Shown here one piece after another: positions 18,677 to 27,660 of a DNA stretch of 64,000 bases (its first letter is position 1; each line of letters opens with the position of its first letter). The notes below the pieces were generated by a model. It was given only the letters and a program-made list of their open reading frames with translations. It did not search any database and was not told the DNA's origin. The position numbers and the translations under genes are program-made. The stretch comes from an uncultured Alphaproteobacteria bacterium (GTDB taxonomy: Bacteria > Electryoneota > RPQS01), in the NCBI GenBank assembly GCA_964587105.1, contig CAZPKG010000011.1, positions 28,309-92,308 on the forward strand, written 5' to 3'.

Positions 18677-21157
18677 CTATTTGCTTTTCTGAGGGAGATC
18701 CAAATTAATCGGGAAAACTTGACTCGGTCCATACTCAGAACCCGCCGATTCCAACGCCGGTTCGCTGCAATCGGCAATAGCTATGAAGCGGCGGTTGGGT
18801 GAAATCATCGGCTCGACAAATCCGTAGTTACCGGCCGACAACCAACCAGAGTAGATTGGCAAATAGGTCGCCGGATACACCGCGTTGATGCTGTCGGAAT
18901 ACGAGAGCGTCACAAACGAACCAAATGAAACGTGAAAACCGAGATAGTAGAATCCGTCAGGAACATTGAATGTCGTGATGATGAGACTGTCAGGCTTTGG
19001 GCAGCCTTCCACCAAACAGACTGCGACGTCCGACGGAAGATTGACCGGACCGCCCGAATTGATCAACACGACCGAACCGTTTCCGAACGGTGAAGTAGCC
19101 CAGTAGAACAGGCAATTATCGGCATCGGTTCCGCGAATACTCAATCGTCCGTTTTGAATTGTGGCCATCGACGGCAAATCAACAAAATATTCGGTCATGA
19201 CGAAATTTGCACCGTAGTTTTGCAAAAGCGGAAGACCTGCGACGCTCACATTAAAGCTTTGCACAAGCGGACCAGCAGAACTGTCCACAAATGTGATGTC
19301 GAAATTCTGCGGTTGCTCCGTGCAAGCAAGACCAGTATTGATGTCAAGATTCAAACCCCAGAAGCGAACGGATTTGATCGCGCCGCTGACGGAGTAATCC
19401 TCCCACACACGGAATTGGTAGCCGTTATCCGAAGAGAGCGCGCTCCAAGGTTCATCGGGAACATGCGGTCTTTGCGAAAACATCGAGCCCGCTTCGCATC
19501 CCGGTCGCGGATAGCAAAGTCCCGGTGTGCATTGCTGGCCAAGCGTGAACTGTCCGCCCAGCGCGTCACACGCCGTACGCGAACCAAACGAGCACGACGG
19601 ATTCCACATGTCGCCGTAACAACAGGATCCTTCGCACGCGGTTGCCGTCAAATAAAACTGACCGCAGTCATTGGCGTTGAAGCCTTCTATGGTCAGATAG
19701 TAGTTTCCCGGCATCAGCGAAACACACTCAATCTTTGACAAGCCGTTCGCCGCACAACCGTCGTTGTCCTGTGCGATGATGCCGCCGTTACATTCGGAGG
19801 TTAAATACAAATAGCTGTTCCACGCGGGCGAGCCGCACAACGAGAACGTCCAATCAGAAGCATAGGGAATCACCACACAATACGTCGCGTCGTTGCTTGG
19901 CCTGAGCGAATTATGCGAGATGTTATCACAACCATTGGCCGTGAACGACGACGGCGCGATGAAGCTCGCATCCACGCGACAACCTGAACAGGGAATCGGA
20001 TCCACTTTAAGCAGATACGGCAGCGGATCCGGCATGTTGGAATAGAAATTTGGCGAAATTTCCAGTGAATATGTTCCAGCCGGCAGGCATTGTGTGATGT
20101 AGGTTCCGCCGTTGCACGGCCCGATATTGAGCAGTGAAACATAATTCTGCGGCACGCAGAAGCCGTAATCGTTGATCAGCACATTGTACGAGAACGTCGA
20201 GAACATGGACACGGCTAAACTGCACGGCTCAGTGATTGTGAAGTAATAACTATCTATGTCGCGCGCGGTGATATTATTCTGATCGAGATAAGTGAAACAG
20301 CTTCCGCGCATGAACTGGCACATGTTCATTTGCTGCCACGTCGGAAAGCCACCGTTCCACTGATTGTTGCAGCCGCCGTTGCAATCCCAGGCCGCGTGCA
20401 TCGGATCGCCGACCGACTCCGCGCACTCTTGCTGCCACGAATTGTCAAAACCAATCGCGCAATCGCCGCTGATGTGTAAAACGAAATTCCCGGAGTAGTT
20501 GCTGAAACCGTCCACGATGACGTAATAGGTTTGCCCCGGGTGCATCCACAAGGTGACCTTTGACTGCGAACCGCCGAAATCGTCGTTACACGCGACCGCT
20601 GTGTTGCCCGGACAGGAGCCGCCGGTTCTAACGTAAAGTTGCGTATCGAAATTCGAGCCGAACGTGTCCCAAGAATAGTAGGCGCCGGTGGCCGGAGTGT
20701 AACTGTAAATTTTGTCGGGCGCGCTGTTCCCTCCGCACGGTGCGAATGAATTGAAATTGTTCGCCGCGCCAACCGTTGTGCCGTAATCGACATTGGGCAC
20801 CATACCCGCCGGAAACACCGTCGCGGGACATGTGTCTGATCCGTCGTCAAGCGGATTGCGATCACGCGGAAGTTGTTCATAGAGCGCATTCAACTCGCCT
20901 TTCAACTGCATGTAGGTCGCGTCATCGAGCGGAGTGGAATGGCCGACATTGCTTAACCGCCGTTCCAAATCCTGTATCTGCTGTTCAAGCGGTGAGAGCG
21001 GCTGCAGGCGCACCGTCTGAACTTCGTCTTCAGTCACAGGCAACCCTGATCCCTCCCACAATCCGGCCCACGCACAGTTCTGACCCATATTGCAGAGCAA
21101 AGCAATACAGCCCAAGACCAACAATACTGTCCCATTCTTTCGCATCTGGCACCTCAC
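18677..21157 (-). CDS. Giant secreted Cys-rich multidomain protein, paralog A5 (subfamily 2)
   Basis: Close paralog of A4. Only a 9-nt gap to A4 with no terminator between them, so probably cotranscribed. The alternative start MRKNGTVLLVLGC (21145) gives a cleaner signal peptide. Confidence 0.75.
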   Translation of the reverse strand: MRCQMRKNGTVLLVLGCIALLCNMGQNCAWAGLWEGSGLPVTEDEVQTVRLQPLSPLEQQIQDLERRLSNVGHSTPLDDATYMQLKGELNALYEQLPRDRNPLDDGSDTCPATVFPAGMVPNVDYGTTVGAANNFNSFAPCGGNSAPDKIYSYTPATGAYYSWDTFGSNFDTQLYVRTGGSCPGNTAVACNDDFGGSQSKVTLWMHPGQTYYVIVDGFSNYSGNFVLHISGDCAIGFDNSWQQECAESVGDPMHAAWDCNGGCNNQWNGGFPTWQQMNMCQFMRGSCFTYLDQNNITARDIDSYYFTITEPCSLAVSMFSTFSYNVLINDYGFCVPQNYVSLLNIGPCNGGTYITQCLPAGTYSLEISPNFYSNMPDPLPYLLKVDPIPCSGCRVDASFIAPSSFTANGCDNISHNSLRPSNDATYCVVIPYASDWTFSLCGSPAWNSYLYLTSECNGGIIAQDNDGCAANGLSKIECVSLMPGNYYLTIEGFNANDCGQFYLTATACEGSCCYGDMWNPSCSFGSRTACDALGGQFTLGQQCTPGLCYPRPGCEAGSMFSQRPHVPDEPWSALSSDNGYQFRVWEDYSVSGAIKSVRFWGLNLDINTGLACTEQPQNFDITFVDSSAGPLVQSFNVSVAGLPLLQNYGANFVMTEYFVDLPSMATIQNGRLSIRGTDADNCLFYWATSPFGNGSVVLINSGGPVNLPSDVAVCLVEGCPKPDSLIITTFNVPDGFYYLGFHVSFGSFVTLSYSDSINAVYPATYLPIYSGWLSAGNYGFVEPMISPNRRFIAIADCSEPALESAGSEYGPSQVFPINLDLPQKSK

Positions 21158-21227
21158 GAGTTATTGTTGACAAGGTAAGTCAAATTTAACCGCATGTCAA
21201 CAATTTGCAAACACACCAAAAAGAAAA

Positions 21228-21248
21228 GCGGCCCGGTTGGGGCCGCTT
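21228..21248 (-). terminator. Rho-independent terminator after LVIVD pseudogene
   Basis: aaaaagaaaa-gcggccc-ggttg-gggccgc. Confidence 0.6.
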
Positions 21249-21266
21249 GGGAAACAATATCGTGGC

Positions 21267-21285
21267 GGCACCCGCTGCGGGTGCC
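21267..21285. repeat. Palindrome GGCACCCGCTGCGGGTGCC (family 3)
   Basis: Identical to the 6507 copy. Confidence 0.8.
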
Positions 21286-21297
21286 CCAGAGGAGTGC

Positions 21298-23388
21298 CTA
21301 CTTCAGTAAGACAGCCTTTTGCACGGCGTTAAAGGCAGGAGTTTCGAGCTTCACAAAATAGGTGCCGCTGGACAAATTTTCGCCGTTGAATTGCATTGAG
21401 TGTGTTCCGCTTGCGAAACGACCGTTGTACAAAACATTTGCTTCGCGGCCCAACACATCGTAAACCACCAACCGCCCTGTGACTTCGCGCGGTAAATCGA
21501 ACGAGATGTTCGCCGTGTTGTTGAACGGGTTGGGGTAGATGGGGTGTAACGCGAAAGATGTTGGGAGCTCGTGATTATCTTCAGGATGGAATGCGTCCGA
21601 CACATCATAAATTGTGAAATAATTCCGTTCAGCTACAAAAGCAAATCCGTTTTGAATATTGCACCCGTCAGCAGCGCGAGCTCCAACGTAGTGACCCACT
21701 ACTTGAGGCGCCACGGGATTCGAAATATCGACAATGCTAATGCCGTTGTTTCGCGAAACAAATGCGAAGTTTCCCGCTACAGTGACTGAATTTGCGTATG
21801 CAAGCGAGTCTATCGCGCTAACCTCGACCGGATTATGAACATCAGTTACGTCAATAATGAAAAACCCAGCCGACCAATTGGCAATGTATGCGTAGTTTCC
21901 TTGAACATCAAGCGCCGCCGGGTAATAGGCTGCATCGTACTCGCTTATTAACTCCGGAACCGACGGATTTGAAACATCAATAATGAATAACTTTTGGTCA
22001 CCAATCACAAACGCGTAATTGCCTTCTATGTCAATATCATCAACAGCGGTCAATTGAAACCGTGTAATCAGATCAGGATTTTCAGGGTTACTGATATCTA
22101 AAATACTGAGCGATGAGAAGTTACCTCCCGCATAAAGATAGTTACCGCTCACAGCAACAGTGTAGACGTTTGAACTGAGTTACACGGATTGCAATTCAAC
22201 AAGCCCACGAGGATTGGTAATATCTATGACACGCAGCGCCGAATAGTCTGCGACATATGCCGTATTGCCCGCAATACAAATGTCCCAAGATTGGCTGTAT
22301 GATCCTACCGAACTCAGTTCTACGGGTGCAACTGGATTTGAGATGTCAACTGATCGAATTCCTTTGGTATTTTCTGCTAAAAAGGCGAAAGAATCCTTAA
22401 TGGCTACGGCATGGACAAATCTTCTGGGAGTGTAGGTGTCCGCTCGAAAAAATGAACCGATGCTATCCGATATAAACGTGTTAAAGCCCTCAAAATTCAC
22501 AAAATAAAACGTTGAACCGTCGACGAAAAGGTTCCGTGCAGTACCGACCGTGAAGTCTTGTACCTGTACCGGCAAGGCTGGATTGCTTAAATCGAGAATA
22601 GCGAGGCCATTACCTGCGAGAATAGCTTTTGTGCCTGTAACGTCTATCTGGCGAGCGAGGTCAAATTGATAGGACGCGACATTCACTGGTGCAAAGGGAT
22701 CGCTGACATCAACAACCAAAAGACCGCTGTCTTCGGCAGCAATCAAAGCGTAGTTCTGCCAGAGTTTTACGTCGTTCAGCGGACCGGCCAGCGGCCACTG
22801 CATATACATTGTCGGCGATGCAGAATTCGCAGCATTGAAAATGAAAAGGCCGTCGGTTTCGCTTACAACAAACACAAGCGAGTCACGCACATCTAAGTTC
22901 TGTGCGCGATCTATTTCGATGGCATTTTCTATCACGACCGGCGTTTCAGGATTTGAAACATCTATGATCGATATACCGTGATTTGTGCACGCGAATGCCT
23001 TGTCACCGGAAATAGTCAGATCACGTCCTCCAATTTCTGTAGCGACTGGGGTTCCTACTTCTACCGGTCTGAACGGATTAAGGATGTCGAGTACATGCAG
23101 TAATGCGTGGTTATCCACGATGAATGCATAGTGTCCAACGAGGGCAACTTCAATGACAGCATTATGGGGGTCATACTGGCTGATGTCAATAGGGTGATGT
23201 GAATCAGCAATATTGAAGATATGAAGCCCCGTCCAACCAGTGGCCGCAAAAAGCAACGTGTCTTTGATTTCAAAATCCACAATCTCGTCACAATAGTCTG
23301 TTAACCCTCCAATCCTTCGCACATTCAAACTATCCTGCCCCCAAACAAGGGCGGGAATAAAGGACAAAAATATGTAGAATTTGCGCAT
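21298..23388 (-). pseudogene. LVIVD-repeat beta-propeller T9SS cargo gene interrupted by a single in-frame TAA
   Basis: The upstream ORF 22180-23388 has a signal peptide and LVIVD repeats but no CTD. The downstream ORF 21298-22152 has LVIVD repeats plus a T9SS CTD but no signal peptide. Both are in the same frame and separated only by TAA at 22180-22182 (...VELQSV*LSSNVYTVAVSGNY...). Confidence 0.6.
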
Positions 23389-23500
23389 GGACAGACTCCT
23401 GCAAAGGACGATTTCTCTAAGATACTCCCGAAATTCCTGATAGTCAACCTACCCGCACTTAATTCAGAAAACTCCACCATGCAAGCCTCAAGCAAAGAAA

Positions 23501-23522
23501 AGCGGCCCGGTGAGGGGCCGCT
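23501..23522 (-). terminator. Rho-independent terminator after paralog A6
   Basis: aaagaaaa-gcggccc-ggtgag-gggccgc. Confidence 0.6.
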
Positions 23523-23563
23523 TCAATCGGGCAGATTGCTGTCCGCCCTGACATGATCACGGA

Positions 23564-25891
23564 TCATTCGTTGAATTTAACGTGTGGTTCACTCGGCGGT
23601 GCGGCGATTGCTTGCGGGCAGTTCACGACCAAAACGACGTTCATGTAACTCAGTGAGGAAAACAAAGCCTGTGAATGATGTCCTACACCAAAGTTACTTG
23701 AGCCATAAGAAACATATCCTGCGGGATATACTGCGTTCGGATCGGTTGTGTAATACACCGTAGTTGTACCGGCTTCGGGTTGCCACCACTCAATTGTGAA
23801 CGTGGAACCTCCTTCAAACCTGATGGTCAAACTGTCTGCTTGTTCGCAAATAATCGGTTCACTTAGACAGAACGCGTAATCCACTCCGTTGCACGGCCCG
23901 TAATTGTCGCCGAACTCAGACGTCGCCCAGGCGAAGATGCAATTCGGATCGTTCACTTTAACCACACTGACTGTTCCCGACTGAATGGTGCACGGTGGAT
24001 TGAGCGCGACGGTGTATTCGTGCATGTTCATCATCGAATAATAGACCGGAGGTAAAACCGTTCCGACCGTGGTGACGTTGTAGGTTTGTGTCGCGGCTCC
24101 GTCTGTAAACGTGATGACAAATTGCTCCGGCACCGCGTCGCAGAAGCGCGAAAATCCCCAGTAACGAATGGAACCAATCGGGCCGGTCACCGAATAATTG
24201 TCGCAGCGAGTGGCAAAGTCTTCATGCGAAGCATAATCGTTGCCGTTTTCATCGGGAAGCCACGGGTATTGACCGAACATCGAAAGATTTGCACAGCCCG
24301 GACGTGAGGCACACGCGCCTGTCGAGCAAGGTTCTCCGACAGTAAAATGTCCGTTCAAAACTTCACACTCGGAAATGGTCGTTGTCTGACAGCTTGGTGA
24401 AGTTGGATTGCCGTAACAGCACGAACCTGTACACTCTGTGATATTGAGCGTATAATCTCCGCAATCGTAAATGAATCCATTTGTTACAGTCAGGTAGTAA
24501 ACACCGGGCGGAAAACCGACACACCCAAGCGATGACAGCCCAAGCTGCTGTCCGCAACCGTCGTTATCCGACACAATAGTATTTGAGCAGCAAGAGTACT
24601 CAATCTGAAGGTAGCTGTCCCAATTGACGGGTCCACCGCATAGCGAAATATTCCAATAGGCTGTCTGCGGCACAACCAAAGCCCATGTATCCTTGTAAGA
24701 GTCCCATCCTCCGCAATCGACAAATGGCCCGCAATTATTGCCCGTATAAACACCGGGACCTGTAATCACGCCGCCGTCAACTGTACAGCCGCTCTCAGGA
24801 AGCGGTTCAGCCTTAAATCTGTATTCCCGGTAGTCGTTTATCCCCGTGAATCCCGGCGGTGCAATCCAGAGATTGTATGTGCCCGGTTGGATCAGCGGCG
24901 AAATATAGGTTGTCGTCGAACAAGGATTCTGAAGTAGCGGCGCTTGCCAGATAATTGACCACGGGCAGTTATCCGTTACGAGGATGGCGTACAGACGGAC
25001 CTCGCTCGTCAAAGTTAATTTTACTGAGCACGCTTCCGAAAAAGTTATCCGGTATGCGTCAACATCGCGTTGCGATTCTCCGTTGCCGTCCAGATAATTG
25101 AATGTGCGGCCGCAAACCGTTTGAAACGGCAAAATTGTCTGAACCGCCTGCGACGGCACACTGCATCCGCCGTTGCAATCGTTGATCTCATGTCCCGGAG
25201 CGCGCGTCTCGGCACATTCGATGACGTCGTTCGGCTGACATAAAATTTCGCAATTGTCGTGAATGGTCAGCACATAGTCTCCCGAACTGCTGCTATAGCC
25301 GTCCACGTAAATATAATACGGAGTTCCGCCGGTCAGAGTCAGCGTAATCAGCGATGTCGTTCCCGGCCCGCTATCATCATCGCCGCCGACCTGTGCGTTG
25401 CCCGGACAGGGGCCGCCGCCGATGATATACAGATAGGTGTCGTAACTGCTGCCTTCTGTGGTAATCGTATAGCTCAACGTGTGCGACGGCACGAACGAAT
25501 AGACTACGTCCGGCGCTGAGGTAAGGCCGCACGGCGAATAGGGCGCGTGATTGTCCGCGTAACCTGTCGTTGTGCCCGTCACCACAATCGGCATTCCGGA
25601 AAGCGGCGCTCCCGGACAGGTGTCCGTACCCTGGTCAAGAGGATTGCGATCTCCGCGAACCTCGCGCTGTGCGTAGAGCGCGCTGAGTTGTTCTTTCAGA
25701 TTGGCATAGACTACAGGGTCAGGAGCGCTGGCGCTCAAACCGCCGTCAATTTGAAATTCCAATTCTCGAATCTGCTGTTCAACCGGCATTAACTCTTGAG
25801 GATTCAATGCCGTGTTTTGTGCAAACACCTCCGAGTGGGTCACGAAAAAAAGTCCCAACAATGTCAAAATAGTCGCGGCGAACCTCATCAT
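23564..25891 (-). CDS. Giant secreted Cys-rich multidomain protein, paralog A6
   Basis: Signal peptide MMRFAATILTLLGLFFVTHS. NPLDQGTDTCPGAPL followed by a PPC-like domain. C-terminal Fn3-like domain (TIEWWQPEAGTTTVYYTTDPNAVYPAGY...NC). Confidence 0.8.
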   Translation of the reverse strand: MMRFAATILTLLGLFFVTHSEVFAQNTALNPQELMPVEQQIRELEFQIDGGLSASAPDPVVYANLKEQLSALYAQREVRGDRNPLDQGTDTCPGAPLSGMPIVVTGTTTGYADNHAPYSPCGLTSAPDVVYSFVPSHTLSYTITTEGSSYDTYLYIIGGGPCPGNAQVGGDDDSGPGTTSLITLTLTGGTPYYIYVDGYSSSSGDYVLTIHDNCEILCQPNDVIECAETRAPGHEINDCNGGCSVPSQAVQTILPFQTVCGRTFNYLDGNGESQRDVDAYRITFSEACSVKLTLTSEVRLYAILVTDNCPWSIIWQAPLLQNPCSTTTYISPLIQPGTYNLWIAPPGFTGINDYREYRFKAEPLPESGCTVDGGVITGPGVYTGNNCGPFVDCGGWDSYKDTWALVVPQTAYWNISLCGGPVNWDSYLQIEYSCCSNTIVSDNDGCGQQLGLSSLGCVGFPPGVYYLTVTNGFIYDCGDYTLNITECTGSCCYGNPTSPSCQTTTISECEVLNGHFTVGEPCSTGACASRPGCANLSMFGQYPWLPDENGNDYASHEDFATRCDNYSVTGPIGSIRYWGFSRFCDAVPEQFVITFTDGAATQTYNVTTVGTVLPPVYYSMMNMHEYTVALNPPCTIQSGTVSVVKVNDPNCIFAWATSEFGDNYGPCNGVDYAFCLSEPIICEQADSLTIRFEGGSTFTIEWWQPEAGTTTVYYTTDPNAVYPAGYVSYGSSNFGVGHHSQALFSSLSYMNVVLVVNCPQAIAAPPSEPHVKFNE

Positions 25892-25973
25892 ATCTCCTTT
25901 TAATGTTGTTCACAAATTTACATCAATATGACACCCCGAGTCAACTCTTCGAAGCCATTCCGAGAAAAAAAAG

Positions 25974-25997
25974 AGCGGCCCGGTTAGGGGCCGCTCA
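25974..25997 (-). terminator. Rho-independent terminator after SBBP-like T9SS gene
   Basis: aaaaaaaa-gagcggccc-ggttag-gggccgctc. Confidence 0.65.
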
Positions 25998-26037
25998 TGA
26001 GCGGGCGGCACGCCTGCCGCCCCTACATTTCTTCATG

Positions 26038-27489
26038 TTACTTCAGAAAAACCGCTCTTTGCACGGCATTGAAGGCCGGAGATTCGAGTTTTACGAAATA
26101 CGTTCCGCTGGACAAATTCTCGCCGCTGAATTGCATCGAGTGTGCTCCGCTTGCGAAATGACCGTCGTACAAAACACTTGCTTCGCGGCCCAGCACATCA
26201 TAGACCACCAACCGTCCCGTGACTTCGCGCGGCAAATCAAATGCGATGTTCGCCGTGTTGTTGAACGGGTTGGGGTAGATGGGATGGAGGGAGAATTCTG
26301 ATGGAATAGGGGAAGGGTCTTCCACGGAAAGTGCGGGATCCGTGCCGGTTCTGACTAACCATATGTCCCAATCAATCGCACCGAATGACAATGTCTGACC
26401 GCCCAATACGAATCCGCCGTTCGATGTGACAGCAACAGACTCGCAATATTCCGTGTTGCCACCGCCAAACGTACGACTCCACAGAATTGTGCCTGTAGAA
26501 GATAGCCGAACCAGCCAAACATCGTCGTTTCCTGCGCCGAATGAATAGGTTGAACCTGCGAGAATGTACCCACCGTCTGAAGTTTGCTGAAGCGAGTAGC
26601 AGAACTCATCAAATGCTCCGCCGTATGTGTGAACCCACTCGAGAGTGCCATTACCGTCGGTTTTTACAAGATAAAAATCGCGCTCACCCGAACCACCAGA
26701 CTGAGTGTGGCCAGCCAACGCGAAGCCACCATCAGAAGTCTTTATCATGTCGTAGGCGACATCATTTGTGCCCCAGCCGAATGTCCGACTCCAGAGCATC
26801 TGGCCAGTGGAACTCGTTCGGACTAACCATGCATCTGCCTCGCCTGCGCCAAAGGATGTAGTATAACCAGCCAGCGCATAGCCGCCGTCGGCAAGCTGCT
26901 GGACCGAATAGCAAACTTCTGCCGCGTATCCGCCGAACGTCTGTGTCCACTGGTCTTCGCCTGCGGCATCTGTTTTAATCAACCAGAAATCTGATTCACC
27001 AGCGCCAAACGAGCGGGTTTCGCCGCCGATCGCGAATCCACCGTCGGTAGTCTCTACAAGCGCATTAGCCATATCCCAGGATGCGCCGCCCCAGTAGCTG
27101 ATGGCTTGTGGATCACCAACCGCTGAGTAAGTCGCGAAGTAAACATCTTCTTGCCCTGCACCATATGAAGTTGTCAGTCCGGCCATGGCGTATCCGCCGC
27201 CCGAACGGATGACGACATCGTTCGCGGCTTCTGTCAAAGTGCCTCCAAGCATCCGCGTCCATTCTGCATTTCCATTGACATCCGTCTTGACCAACCACGC
27301 GTCAACATCCGATGGACTGAAATTCGTTCTTCCCCCCAAAATGAATCCACCGTCAGCGGACTCATGGACAGACTTGCAAAGATCAACTTCTGTCCCGCCG
27401 TACATGCGGCTCCACAGGCTGTCAACGGGTTGTGCAATAACATTGCACCCAAACCCGACCAACAACAGAATATGTATTGTACTCTTCAT
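26038..27489 (-). CDS. SBBP-like beta-propeller repeat protein with T9SS C-terminal sorting domain
   Basis: Signal peptide. About nine ~45-aa repeats of the form DGG(F/Y)..AG.T.SFGAG..D.WL(V/I)KTD..G...W. C-terminus YPNPFNNTANIAFDL...VYDVLGRE...GTYFVKLE...VFLK is a canonical T9SS type-A CTD. Confidence 0.8.
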   Translation of the reverse strand: MKSTIHILLLVGFGCNVIAQPVDSLWSRMYGGTEVDLCKSVHESADGGFILGGRTNFSPSDVDAWLVKTDVNGNAEWTRMLGGTLTEAANDVVIRSGGGYAMAGLTTSYGAGQEDVYFATYSAVGDPQAISYWGGASWDMANALVETTDGGFAIGGETRSFGAGESDFWLIKTDAAGEDQWTQTFGGYAAEVCYSVQQLADGGYALAGYTTSFGAGEADAWLVRTSSTGQMLWSRTFGWGTNDVAYDMIKTSDGGFALAGHTQSGGSGERDFYLVKTDGNGTLEWVHTYGGAFDEFCYSLQQTSDGGYILAGSTYSFGAGNDDVWLVRLSSTGTILWSRTFGGGNTEYCESVAVTSNGGFVLGGQTLSFGAIDWDIWLVRTGTDPALSVEDPSPIPSEFSLHPIYPNPFNNTANIAFDLPREVTGRLVVYDVLGREASVLYDGHFASGAHSMQFSGENLSSGTYFVKLESPAFNAVQRAVFLK

Positions 27490-27618
27490 TTCTTGACCTC
27501 ACTGTCCATTTTTGGATAAAAAACTCCATTATTAATATCGGTAATGCGATAGCTAATGTCAAGCAGATTCTAATTGTACCCAAGAAATTGTTCGAAACGG
27601 AGACGTTTTACGAAAAGA

Positions 27619-27637
27619 GCGGCCTTGTCGGGCCGCC
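27619..27637 (-). terminator. Rho-independent terminator after LVIVD T9SS gene
   Basis: cgaaaa-gagcggcc-ttgtc-gggccgc. Confidence 0.55.
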
Positions 27638-27660
27638 CTTGCGAGAGAACGATTAAGCTG

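Noticed and set aside
8326-20889. Numerous 60-200-aa plus-strand ORFs (for example 9549-9881, 12731-13306, 17837-18460, 19154-19738, 20326-20889 and others) overlapping the giant minus-strand genes
   Set aside because: High-GC antisense reading frames stay open by chance. They have no signal peptides, RBSs or domain signatures, whereas the opposite strand encodes long, internally consistent multidomain proteins with terminators.
8058-25891. Possibility that the paralog array is diversified by a diversity-generating retroelement
   Set aside because: No reverse-transcriptase ORF (no YxDD-type motif) and no template/variable repeat pair with A-specific mismatches was seen in the window. Diversity is better explained by duplication and gene conversion. 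An RT elsewhere in the genome cannot be excluded.
25903-26301. Plus-strand ORFs 25903-26301 and 27574-27957 sharing the peptide PQHIIDHQPSRDFARQI...VVERVGVDGME
   Set aside because: They are the antisense of the duplicated T9SS-CTD cassette. The similarity reflects the DNA repeat, not a real gene family.
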